A stretch of 39,013 nt of DNA from Minisyncoccota bacterium (GCA_030157745.1 JAOAUE010000032.1:1-39013); one strand, 5' to 3'. Positions 16,726-24,313 are shown, numbered from the stretch's first letter. The notes: generated by a model not told the origin, from the sequence alone. Translations and numbers: made by a program.

Positions 16726-16730
16726 AAAAC

Positions 16731-17114
16731 ATGATTGGCAAAGTTTTTGCGATTATAATCTCTATCTTGGCATTGTGGTTCCTTGTTATGTTTCTTATCT
16801 TCAGAGAAGCACACAAAAAAGAAACAAATGTTGAAATAAAACAAATATCAAACAAGTATCTAAGAGAGACTAGAAAGTTTTGGTTTTTGTTTTTAAGAAT
16901 AATAAACACACTTAGAGATCTTGCTACAAAAATAATAGCCAAAGCGTTCTTTTATATCTTTCCAAAAGCCAAAAGTGTTTTTGAAAAAAAGGACGAACTA
17001 GCAGGTCTAGAGCATGGGCCATCCTCTTACTTCCTAATGAGTATTTCTGAGGATAAAACAAAAGTACCATCTAGTGAAAAGAAAAAAGCTAGACGAAAAA
17101 CAAAAAATGTGTAA
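16731..17114 (+). CDS. hypothetical membrane protein (127 aa) with a lysine-rich C-terminus
   Basis: N-terminal TM helix (FAIIISILALWFLVMFLIF). Starts 5 nt after tsf. Confidence 0.45.
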   Translation: MIGKVFAIIISILALWFLVMFLIFREAHKKETNVEIKQISNKYLRETRKFWFLFLRIINTLRDLATKIIAKAFFYIFPKAKSVFEKKDELAGLEHGPSSYFLMSISEDKTKVPSSEKKKARRKTKNV

Positions 17115-17224
17115 AATATAGTTCAGTTGGCCCCATTTTTTGGAGCCGATTACGCCACCTTATCTGTTTTGGTGGATATAATGATTAGCAATAAAACAGA
17201 CACTGGTTAGCACATCCAGTACAT

Positions 17225-17300
17225 GCCGCTTTAGCTCAGTTGGTAGAGCAACGCTTTTGTAAAGCGAAGGTCGTCAGTTCAAGTCTGACAAGCGGCTCCA
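17225..17300 (+). tRNA. tRNA-Thr (anticodon TGT) with encoded CCA
   Basis: Manual cloverleaf fold: acceptor GCCGCTT/AAGCGGC; D arm GCTC-AGTTGGT-AGAGC; anticodon arm ACGCT-TTTGTAA-AGCGA with anticodon TGT; variable loop AGGTC; T arm GTCAG-TTCAAGT-CTGAC; discriminator T plus CCA. Confidence 0.9.
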
Positions 17301-18828
17301 TCACTCGCATTTCGTCGGGAATACTAAAATTAGCACGGGCGGCGCGAAGCGCCGACCACGGATTTTCGCCTGATTTTGAAACAGCATTCTCGGAATTCGG
17401 CGCGCTCGCACGCACTGTTTTTTCGCCAAGGAGGAGGTTCGAGCCAAAGACTTTTTTGGCAGCAACCTTTTTATCTAAAAAGTTGCTATCCAATGCGATT
17501 TTTTCCATATCCTGAGCCTCTTTTATCCATTTTGCCATCGGTTCGAGCCACAATTTTTGTTTGCTCTCCGAACGAGAGATTTCTTCCTCCAGCGACTTTT
17601 TCTCGGATAATAATTTTGCTTTTTCCGCTCGATAAATTTCCTTTTCTATATCTTGATCTAAATATCCGTCTAAAAGTCGCTGGAGCTTCACTGTGATGCC
17701 TTGTATCTTTTTCTCGTTTTCGAAAACAAAAATATGAACAGATTGGGCGGATTCCGTTTTGTCTTTTTCAAGTCTTTCATTCAGATAATCCGCCCAATCT
17801 TGTGGCATAGAAACTTTTTGAAGAAGTGATGAAATTTGCGCGTCCATTTTTTCTGCTCGAATACAAGGTTCAGGGCATTTTTGAGTTTTTGATTTCTTGG
17901 TACAGCGATAATATGTATAGAAATGTTGAGTACCATTTTTCTGCGTTTTTACCTTGTATTCGCCAGTTATTTGCATTCCGCACGACGCGCACGAAAGCAG
18001 TCCGCAATATGCTTGTGGATTATTCTTATGCTTACCAGTCGGACGACTTTTCCGCTCCATCACTTCTTGCACCTGGTCAAAAAGTTTCTTTGACACGATT
18101 GGCTCGTGCTTGCCTTCGTGTACTTCGAGATTAAACCTGAAATGTCCGTAATAAAATGGATTTGAGAGGATAAAGGTCGTACGCGAGATGTGGATTCTCT
18201 TTCCTTGTTTGGTTAGCAAGCGGTTTGCTTCAAAATACTCGCCGATACTTTGAAGTGTAGAATCTCCTTTTGCGTAAAGTTCAAATGCTTGGCGAATAAT
18301 CGGAGCAGTCTTTTTGTCAGCAACAACAGTTTTCGTCCTCGAATCGTTTATATACCCCACCGGAGCCAGACTTGGATATTCGCCACGCCTGACTTTCTGC
18401 CGCAAACCGCGCTTCGTATTTTCGGAAAGAGAATCCACATAGTATTTGCTTTGTCCAAATGCCATATTGAGCATAAACTTGCCTTGTGAACTGCTGTCAC
18501 ACCAAAATGTCGGGAATTTTAAACTCACAAGTTTTTCTGTGTCGAGGAGATAGATAATACGCCCACCATCAACAGAATTACGAGCGAGACGGTCAGGATG
18601 CCACGCGAGAATATTTCCGCCGAGTTTTTCAATTTCATTTAGCATCTCGTTAAATATCGGACGACCAGGAATCTTGGCAGATTGTTTTTCCACATACTCG
18701 GCGGAGATTTCAATATTCTCTCGCGTGGCATAGTCTCGCAATTCTTGAAGTTGTGCTTCAATCGAAAGAACCTGCTTATCCTCGACATCAGTTGACTTGC
18801 GAGCATACAAAAAGAATTTTTCACTCAT
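17236..18828 (-). CDS. large serine recombinase (resolvase/invertase N-terminal domain, recombinase domain, zinc ribbon, coiled coil)
   Basis: YARKSTDVEDKQVLSIEAQ catalytic-Ser region; WHPDRLARN; Cys-rich CASCGMQ...YYRCTKK...CPEPC; long coiled coil. The last ~42 codons lie in inverted repeat IR1, and the final 20 codons read antisense through the tRNA, so the exact functional C-terminus is uncertain. Confidence 0.85.
   Translation of the reverse strand: MSEKFFLYARKSTDVEDKQVLSIEAQLQELRDYATRENIEISAEYVEKQSAKIPGRPIFNEMLNEIEKLGGNILAWHPDRLARNSVDGGRIIYLLDTEKLVSLKFPTFWCDSSSQGKFMLNMAFGQSKYYVDSLSENTKRGLRQKVRRGEYPSLAPVGYINDSRTKTVVADKKTAPIIRQAFELYAKGDSTLQSIGEYFEANRLLTKQGKRIHISRTTFILSNPFYYGHFRFNLEVHEGKHEPIVSKKLFDQVQEVMERKSRPTGKHKNNPQAYCGLLSCASCGMQITGEYKVKTQKNGTQHFYTYYRCTKKSKTQKCPEPCIRAEKMDAQISSLLQKVSMPQDWADYLNERLEKDKTESAQSVHIFVFENEKKIQGITVKLQRLLDGYLDQDIEKEIYRAEKAKLLSEKKSLEEEISRSESKQKLWLEPMAKWIKEAQDMEKIALDSNFLDKKVAAKKVFGSNLLLGEKTVRASAPNSENAVSKSGENPWSALRAARANFSIPDEMRVMEPLVRLELTTFALQKRCSTN
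17296..17421 (+). repeat. inverted repeat IR1, left copy (126 bp)
   Basis: Exact reverse complement of 18907-19032, checked base by base. Imperfect extension to 17442 / 18886. Confidence 0.9.
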
Positions 18829-18906
18829 TTATTGATTCTAACAAAAATTCTTTTTGTATGTAAATAGCAAAAATTGCATTTGATTTCGAACCTCCTCCTC
18901 CAAAAC

Positions 18907-19032
18907 AAAACAGTGCGTGCGAGCGCGCCGAATTCCGAGAATGCTGTTTCAAAATCAGGCGAAAATCCGTGGTCGGCGCTTCGCGCCGCCCGTGCTAATT
19001 TTAGTATTCCCGACGAAATGCGAGTGATGGAG
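18907..19032 (-). repeat. inverted repeat IR1, right copy (126 bp); a duplicated recombinase 3' end
   Basis: Exact reverse complement of 17296-17421. Read on the plus strand it encodes ...SNLLLQNKTVRASAPNSENAVSKSGENPWSALRAARANFSIPDEMRVME, the recombinase C-terminal peptide. Confidence 0.9.
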
Positions 19033-19215
19033 TGGTTGTACGATTCGGCTCGAACCTATTTCATCAAAAATTCATAAATGTATTAAATGCGGACTCGGTT
19101 TTGCGAAAGCTCTTTTTTGGGGACACGGATTTCGCAAAACCTCGGCTGATTCTTTTTTGGCATTCGCCTCTGGTTCTGGGTTCTCCCGCAGGAGGGGTTT
19201 GGGGAGGAATGCGGG
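19030..19215 (+). repeat. inverted repeat IR2, left copy (186 bp)
   Basis: Exact reverse complement of 26046-26231, checked base by base. Overlaps IR1-right by the 3-nt GAG core. Ends 2 nt before the RT1 stop codon. Confidence 0.9.
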
Positions 19216-19217
19216 GG

Positions 19218-20306
19218 TTATTTTGGGTCTTTGAGAAAATGTTTAAACTTATTCCGTAAGCGATAACTATTGGCATGAGAAAAATGTCCGAGATATGAGC
19301 TTATGCCAGCTTGTAATTTCTCTCGCGTTTTCTCGTGGCAAGGAAGCCTCAATTTTTCTGCCCTCTGTTTACACCTTCCAACAGTTGCCCGACGAACGAG
19401 GACATGAGTGGGCTTGATAATATACCCGACGAAGTCAATACCGTGGCGCACTCGTTGCAAGATAATTTTCCGCGGATGGATGTTGAGCTTGCGTTCTCTC
19501 TTCAGCCACACTTCTATCTGTACCACCGCACTCTTTAATTTTTCTTTATCCGCATCAAGAAATACGAAATCGTCCACATACCTCGCGTAGCGAGGAAATC
19601 CGAGCGTCTGGCTGATATATTTATCAAGCCCGTCGAGATAGCAGTTAGCGAAGAATTGCGAGGTCAAGTTCCCTATCGGCAAGCCCGTACCGCCGGAGTA
19701 AAAGAGTGATTTATGTTTCGGGATAAGTGCTTTGAGTGCAGTATCTCCCCTGTAAATATAATCAAGTGTCGGGTCACAAAAGATAACCTGCTCGCAAATC
19801 CAAAGCATATCCCCTTTCCACCACTCGGGTTTTTCTTGCTGATTGATAAGCCCTGCGATGACATCAAAAAGAATTGGTCGGTCAATCGAACGGAAGAAGC
19901 TCTCGACATCAAGCTTCAGATACCAATCATTCGGGCGCTCTCGGGCATAGGCACGCACTTGCTTGAATCCTGAGTGCGTCCCCTTGCCTTCCCTATTGGC
20001 ATACGAAGTTGGCACGAACCAACTTTCGCACAAAGGAGCAAGCTCGTTGTAAATAATATGGTGTATAACCCGATCACGAAAGTCGGCAGCAAAAATCTCT
20101 CTCGGCTTCGGGTCAGTCACGACAAAAGAAATATGTCGACTGATGCAGTATGTCCGTTCAGTGAGTTCTTTCCGCAGACTGATAAGCTCGCGCTCCCGCA
20201 AGAGTTCAAACCGAAGTCGATTGACTGTTTTCTTTTTACGCTTGATACAGCTCTTGTACGCCAGCCAGAGATTCTCTAAGGTAAAAATAGTTTCTACTGT
20301 ATTCAT
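19218..20306 (-). CDS. DGR reverse transcriptase 1
   Basis: RT motifs, including the DGR-typical LPIGNLTSQFFANCYL and the YxDD box YARYVDDFVFL. Lies immediately downstream of TR1. Start taken at ATG 20306 (MNTVETIFTLENLWLAYK); alternative start 20327. The track ORF extends to 20606 only by reading through TR1. Confidence 0.9.
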   Translation of the reverse strand: MNTVETIFTLENLWLAYKSCIKRKKKTVNRLRFELLRERELISLRKELTERTYCISRHISFVVTDPKPREIFAADFRDRVIHHIIYNELAPLCESWFVPTSYANREGKGTHSGFKQVRAYARERPNDWYLKLDVESFFRSIDRPILFDVIAGLINQQEKPEWWKGDMLWICEQVIFCDPTLDYIYRGDTALKALIPKHKSLFYSGGTGLPIGNLTSQFFANCYLDGLDKYISQTLGFPRYARYVDDFVFLDADKEKLKSAVVQIEVWLKRERKLNIHPRKIILQRVRHGIDFVGYIIKPTHVLVRRATVGRCKQRAEKLRLPCHEKTREKLQAGISSYLGHFSHANSYRLRNKFKHFLKDPK

Positions 20307-20354
20307 TTGGTCTGTTATTGTGCGCATAAAGCAGAGGGTTCGATAGAGGAGTTC

Positions 20355-20491
20355 TCGAACACACCGGACATAGTTGCCATTGGTCTTATCATTCGCATCA
20401 GAGTTGCCATTGTTGAAGTTCACGTTCCAGGCGTTGTTCTCATTGCCCGGATTCTGATAGGTAGAGGACGACCAGTAGTTGTCCGACTGTG
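20355..20491 (-). repeat. DGR-1 template repeat (TR1, 137 bp)
   Basis: Aligns without gaps to 21137-21273 with 25 mismatches. 24 of them are at TR adenines (sense strand). Asn (AAY) codon-rich in frame. Confidence 0.9.
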
Positions 20492-20605
20492 AAATATGAT
20501 ATGTGCGTGACTGTCCGTGTCGGACGTACAGCGCAAATTCGTTTCGTTTATCCTCAGAACTATTAAAAATAATTCTGAGAGCACACACTGAACTCCTCGT
20601 CCTCA

Positions 20606-21007
20606 CTAAAACAATGTTTTTATAGTTGTCTTATTCTGGGTGGGCGCAGTTTTTTTCGGACTGCACGAAGTTCTCCAACCCTCTGCTTGACGCGCGCAAT
20701 CCACCACTTGCTCGACCAGATACAAGTATTGCCGCGGCGAAGCGAACTGCTTCAGCTCCTCGGCTACGCGGAGCATAATCGTAATCTCCTCAATCTTCCA
20801 AACCAACTCACTCAAAACAGCACTCCTGTGTTCAACCGGAGTGCTATTGGCTTTTACGATCAGCCGTACTGCTTCCATCGCGCTTGCAAGGAGCGATGCG
20901 CCGAGCGTGTACTTGTATTGCTTGTCTATTTTCGGCACACGAATGTAGAACTCTTTCAGGAGCCTGAACGTTGCGCTATAGATAGGGAGGTGTTGGTATT
21001 GAGCCAT
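20606..21007 (-). CDS. avd: DGR accessory variability determinant (Avd-like four-helix-bundle protein)
   Basis: 133 aa helical, basic protein in the canonical position between the target gene and TR/RT. Sequence resembles the four-helix-bundle (23S rRNA IVS protein) family. Confidence 0.75.
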   Translation of the reverse strand: MAQYQHLPIYSATFRLLKEFYIRVPKIDKQYKYTLGASLLASAMEAVRLIVKANSTPVEHRSAVLSELVWKIEEITIMLRVAEELKQFASPRQYLYLVEQVVDCARQAEGWRTSCSPKKTAPTQNKTTIKTLF

Positions 21008-21025
21008 AGAAAAATATCACCCCCC

Positions 21026-21047
21026 CCCCTCGCGAAAACGCGAGGGG
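21026..21047 (-). promoter_or_regulatory. GC-rich hairpin (9-bp stem, 4-nt loop) downstream of VR1, embedded in a G10 tract
   Basis: CCCCTCGCG-AAAA-CGCGAGGGG on the plus strand. About 86 nt 3' of the target stop codon and 19 nt 5' of the avd ATG. Confidence 0.5.
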
Positions 21048-21133
21048 AAGAATAACCAAAGGAATAAAAAGAATCGAGAAAAGAACCCAAAGAAAAACCG
21101 CAAAAATTATCAAATAAACAAATCATCAAAGAA

Positions 21134-21976
21134 TTATCGAACACACCGGACATAGCCGCCCTCGGCCTTACCAACCGCATCAGAGTAGCCATCGCCGAAG
21201 CTCACGAGCCAGGCGCCGCCCTCACCGCCCGGACCCTGATAGGTAGAGGACGACCAGTAGCTGCCCGACTGTGTGTTTGGGAAGAATGTCGTATCGATGG
21301 CAGGGTTGACTGTGGCAAGGCTCACAATGGAAAGAAGTTCGATTCTATTTGGCAAGCGCCAGTCACTGTGTCCCGCTGTGGTATCGGCTTCACAGGTCGA
21401 GAGCGCAGTCGTCCAGTCAAGTCCAGTAGCAGAATCAGCCGAACAGTCAGTATCTGATTGTCCTTCGGAACATTTTTTCCACATAAGTCCTGTCGCGTTA
21501 TCCGAAATCGTGCTGTCAGTATTATCTACAAATCGCGCGCCGCTTGTGGGTAAACCTTTTTCGTAGTCGCCATCTTGTCCGGTACCAGTACACGATATTG
21601 GAGTACCACTTGCATCCCAACAATCAGTCTGACCAGTTTTTGGTAGTCCAGCTTGTCCAGCCGATGCAGTACCTGCAACGCCCATATATGTCGTCCCTGT
21701 GAGTATTTTAGTCGCATCAAGCGTCGGAATGCTTTCATAAATCTGCTTGAGGGTGTGAAATGTCGCAGACACAGAGCCAGGCGTAGTAAACGAAGCCGAA
21801 CCTTCGACTTGGCTTGTCGTGTTGTCGATGAGTCTGTTGTAAATGCCATCGAGTGTGTACATCGTGCTTGCCGGAACTCCAGGCGGAGTAAGCGAACCTG
21901 CAAAACTTGTGCGGACAAATGCACCGATTATAAATGCGACGAGAACAAAGGAACCGATTTTTAGAAACTTTTTCAT
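21134..21976 (-). CDS. DGR-1 variable target protein, secreted DUF1566 (Lcl C-terminal / C-type-lectin-fold) protein
   Basis: Signal peptide. GLMWKK...HSDWRLPNRIELLSIV...YWSSSTY...YVRCVR is the DUF1566 signature. The C-terminal 45 codons are VR1. Confidence 0.9.
   Translation of the reverse strand: MKKFLKIGSFVLVAFIIGAFVRTSFAGSLTPPGVPASTMYTLDGIYNRLIDNTTSQVEGSASFTTPGSVSATFHTLKQIYESIPTLDATKILTGTTYMGVAGTASAGQAGLPKTGQTDCWDASGTPISCTGTGQDGDYEKGLPTSGARFVDNTDSTISDNATGLMWKKCSEGQSDTDCSADSATGLDWTTALSTCEADTTAGHSDWRLPNRIELLSIVSLATVNPAIDTTFFPNTQSGSYWSSSTYQGPGGEGGAWLVSFGDGYSDAVGKAEGGYVRCVR
21137..21273 (-). repeat. DGR-1 variable repeat (VR1)
   Basis: 137-bp match to TR1 with adenine-specific substitutions, at the extreme 3' end of the target ORF. 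Confidence 0.9.
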
Positions 21977-21977
21977 A

Positions 21978-22856
21978 TTATTTACTATTTAATTTATTTC
22001 TTGTAATAGGACCGACGATGCCATCTGCTGTGAGAGTATTATTTTTTTGAAACGTTACCACCGCTTGCTTGCTCTTTGGACCAAAAATGCCGTCAGTCAC
22101 TAAAGGTGGCGACAATGTCTGAACTTTTTTGTTGAGACATATTTGCAAGTCTTTGACGTTGGTGTTATTCATCCGAGGAATTGTCAGCTTTAAAGTTTGA
22201 GTGAAGTTGAGTGTACACACTGTAGTAGGTAAAGTTGTCGGAAGTGTTGTAATCACAATAGTTCCCTCGCTTGCAGTCAAATACGATCCTTTGCAATCTG
22301 GATCAGCTAAATCAATCTTCCCATCGTGGTCATCGTCAATGCCATTGTTGCACTGTGTGATTATTCGCCCTCCCCCACTACTGTGACTAGTACTTGGTGC
22401 GGGCGTGACTGGTGGTCGCCACGCAGTCGTCACTTTGTAGTCCACTGTCCCGCAACTTGAAGTGTTGGCGCAGTTAAAAGAGATCCAACCGATATTTGGG
22501 CTATATGCGTAGCCAGAAAAAATTCCAGTGCTTGTGTTGATGGTCGCCTGAGAGAAATCCACATAGCCAGTATTCTCGCTCCACGCGTAACCTGAGAGTG
22601 TGCCGGAGGAATTTGAAACTTTGTAATCAGTGGTACCGCATGAACTAGTGTTATCACAATTGAGCGACAACCAGCCGATGTTCGGACTGTACGCATAGCC
22701 GGAAAGTACGCTACTTGAAACAGTCACTTGAGAAAAATCTATCCAGCCAGTATTCTCGCTCCAGGCATAACCGGAGGTGCTATCTGCAAACGCTTTTGTC
22801 GCAGAGAAAAACATTATTGATAATATGAATAAACTAAAAACGGATTTTAATCTCAT
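21978..22856 (-). CDS. secreted repeat protein with a C-terminal peptidoglycan-binding domain
   Basis: Signal peptide. Two ~70-aa repeats carrying GYAWSENTGW(I/V)DFSQ and GYAYSPNIGW(L/I)S(L/F)NC. C-terminal PG_binding_1-like DGIFGPKSKQAVVTFQKNNTLTADGIVGPITRNKL. Its stop is 1 nt from the DGR-1 target start. Confidence 0.8.
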   Translation of the reverse strand: MRLKSVFSLFILSIMFFSATKAFADSTSGYAWSENTGWIDFSQVTVSSSVLSGYAYSPNIGWLSLNCDNTSSCGTTDYKVSNSSGTLSGYAWSENTGYVDFSQATINTSTGIFSGYAYSPNIGWISFNCANTSSCGTVDYKVTTAWRPPVTPAPSTSHSSGGGRIITQCNNGIDDDHDGKIDLADPDCKGSYLTASEGTIVITTLPTTLPTTVCTLNFTQTLKLTIPRMNNTNVKDLQICLNKKVQTLSPPLVTDGIFGPKSKQAVVTFQKNNTLTADGIVGPITRNKLNSK

Positions 22857-22877
22857 TCTATTATTATACCCCCCCCC
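22857..22877 (-). promoter_or_regulatory. G9 tract abutting a TATAAT box 6 nt upstream of the ATG (candidate leaderless promoter of the DGR-1 operon)
   Basis: The minus strand reads GGGGGGGGG-TATAAT-AATAGA-ATG. Confidence 0.4.
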
Positions 22878-22904
22878 GAGCGTTTTGGCAAGGGTGTTGC
22901 CCCC

Positions 22905-23930
22905 CTATTCCTTGTTAAAATCGGCCGTTTGAGAACGCTTTACATACTCAACAACTTGCCCCGCGAGCCTCTCTGCGTTTCCGTGGCTCAATAGCCCGAG
23001 ATACGACTGAACTGTTTCTTCCTTGCCCTCTTTCTCTTTGATACGCTTCCACATCCTGCGTTTCGTTGCCGTTCTTACTATGCGGTGATCGGGAAAATGT
23101 ACCCAGCCGAGGAAATCAACACCGGAGGCAAGCGTCTTTATAAAAACTTTATTGGGATGAAGTGATAGCTTGAGTCGTTCTTTTAGGAAAGAACCTACTT
23201 GGGGTAGTATCGTTTCCAACCATTTCTTGTCTTCAGACAGAAAAACAAAATCGTCAGCATAGCGTATATAGTATTGTGCTTTCAACTTGTGCTTCACGAA
23301 TTGGTCAAACTCATTCATATATATGTTTACGAATATCTGCGAGGTAAGATTGCCAAGTGGAAGCCCAACCTCTTTTCGTGTCGAATGAAAACTCCCGATG
23401 ATACCTGATAACAAAGAGAGTATGTCTTCGTCAGAAATATATTTCTTGATAATCCCGATAAGTACACTATGGTCAATGGATGCAAAAAACTTTCGTATAT
23501 CGCATTTCAAAATCCATACTGTTCTTGTGTTATTTTTTGATACTGTGTCAGAAAACATTTTAAATCGTTGTAACGCTTTATGTGTTCCCTTTCGCTCTCG
23601 GCAAGAATAGGAGTCAGCTATAAATGTCTTATCGAAGAATGGATAGAGTTCCCGATAGAGTGCATGGTGAAGCAGTCTATCCCGCACCCTTGCTTTATGT
23701 ATACTTCGTGGCTTTGGGTCAGATATATTGAATGCGTAATAGTCGGAGTGCTTATATGTTTTTTGTGAAAGTTCATTGTGAAGCTCTATGATATTCGCCA
23801 TTAAATTTCGCTCAAAATCCAAGACATCTTTTCGGAGTTTTTTACCTTTCAAAAAATCTTTCCACGCAAGGAGGAGATTTTCAAGAGAAATGATATATTG
23901 ATATGTATGAATAAACTGAATCCGAGCCAT
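22905..23930 (-). CDS. DGR reverse transcriptase 2
   Basis: LPLGNLTSQIFVNIYM and YIRYADDFVFL motifs; N-terminal ...SLENLLLAWKDFLKGKK. Paired with TR2/VR2. ATG at 23930 preferred; the track start at 23960 translates the G-tract. Confidence 0.9.
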   Translation of the reverse strand: MARIQFIHTYQYIISLENLLLAWKDFLKGKKLRKDVLDFERNLMANIIELHNELSQKTYKHSDYYAFNISDPKPRSIHKARVRDRLLHHALYRELYPFFDKTFIADSYSCRERKGTHKALQRFKMFSDTVSKNNTRTVWILKCDIRKFFASIDHSVLIGIIKKYISDEDILSLLSGIIGSFHSTRKEVGLPLGNLTSQIFVNIYMNEFDQFVKHKLKAQYYIRYADDFVFLSEDKKWLETILPQVGSFLKERLKLSLHPNKVFIKTLASGVDFLGWVHFPDHRIVRTATKRRMWKRIKEKEGKEETVQSYLGLLSHGNAERLAGQVVEYVKRSQTADFNKE

Positions 23931-23992
23931 AATAACTATAAAGATACCCCCCCCCGACAACGCTTTTACCAGTACTTCAGAAACTCAAAACT

Positions 23993-24313
23993 GTGTATAT
24001 CTTATGGTATCAGTATTATCAAAACTTGCCTAAAGCCCATCGCTACTCGCTTGGAGTACGGATTGATGCCTTGTTCGTAGAAATAATGGAAGCTATCTCA
24101 CTTGCAGGATTTCTTCCCCGTAGCGAGAAACAAACCTATGTACGGCTCTCTATACGGAAAGTAGATACTCTTAAAATCTTACTGATGATTGTATGGGAAA
24201 CGAAATCTATAGATAATAGGAAATACATCGCCCTCTCTGTACCACTTGAAGAAATCGGGAAAATGCTCGGCGGTTGGAACGGACAGCTTACAAAACAAAA
24301 CTCCCCCAACTAA
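23993..24313 (+). CDS. avd: Avd-like four-helix-bundle protein, divergent from RT2
   Basis: 106 aa helical protein (…AHRYSLGVRIDALFVEIMEAI…KVDTLKILLMIVWETKSIDNRKYIALSVPLEEIGKMLGGW). GTG start. Lies between RT2 and TR2 but on the opposite strand. Confidence 0.65.
   Translation: MYILWYQYYQNLPKAHRYSLGVRIDALFVEIMEAISLAGFLPRSEKQTYVRLSIRKVDTLKILLMIVWETKSIDNRKYIALSVPLEEIGKMLGGWNGQLTKQNSPN

Noticed and set aside
18874-19259. ORFs 18874..19077 and 19032..19259 (plus strand)
   Set aside because: Both lie entirely within the inverted repeats IR1-right and IR2-left. The first is a duplicated recombinase 3' end without a gene body. The second has an identical mirror ORF at 25660..26229. They are treated as repeat read-throughs, not genes.
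20307-20606. N-terminal 100-aa extension of the RT1 ORF (track ORF 19218..20606)
   Set aside because: The extension is simply the in-frame translation of TR1 and its flank (…SDNYWSSSTYQNPGNENNAWNVNFNNGNSDANDKTNGNYVRCVRE). It mirrors the target C-terminus and is not part of the RT. RT homology begins near MNTVETIFTLENLW.
19218-23960. Interpreting the two RTs as retron or group II intron RTs
   Set aside because: Each is adjacent to a template repeat that matches the 3' end of a nearby ORF with adenine-specific mismatches. Each also has an Avd-like neighbour and the LGNLTSQ motif. DGR is the better-supported call.
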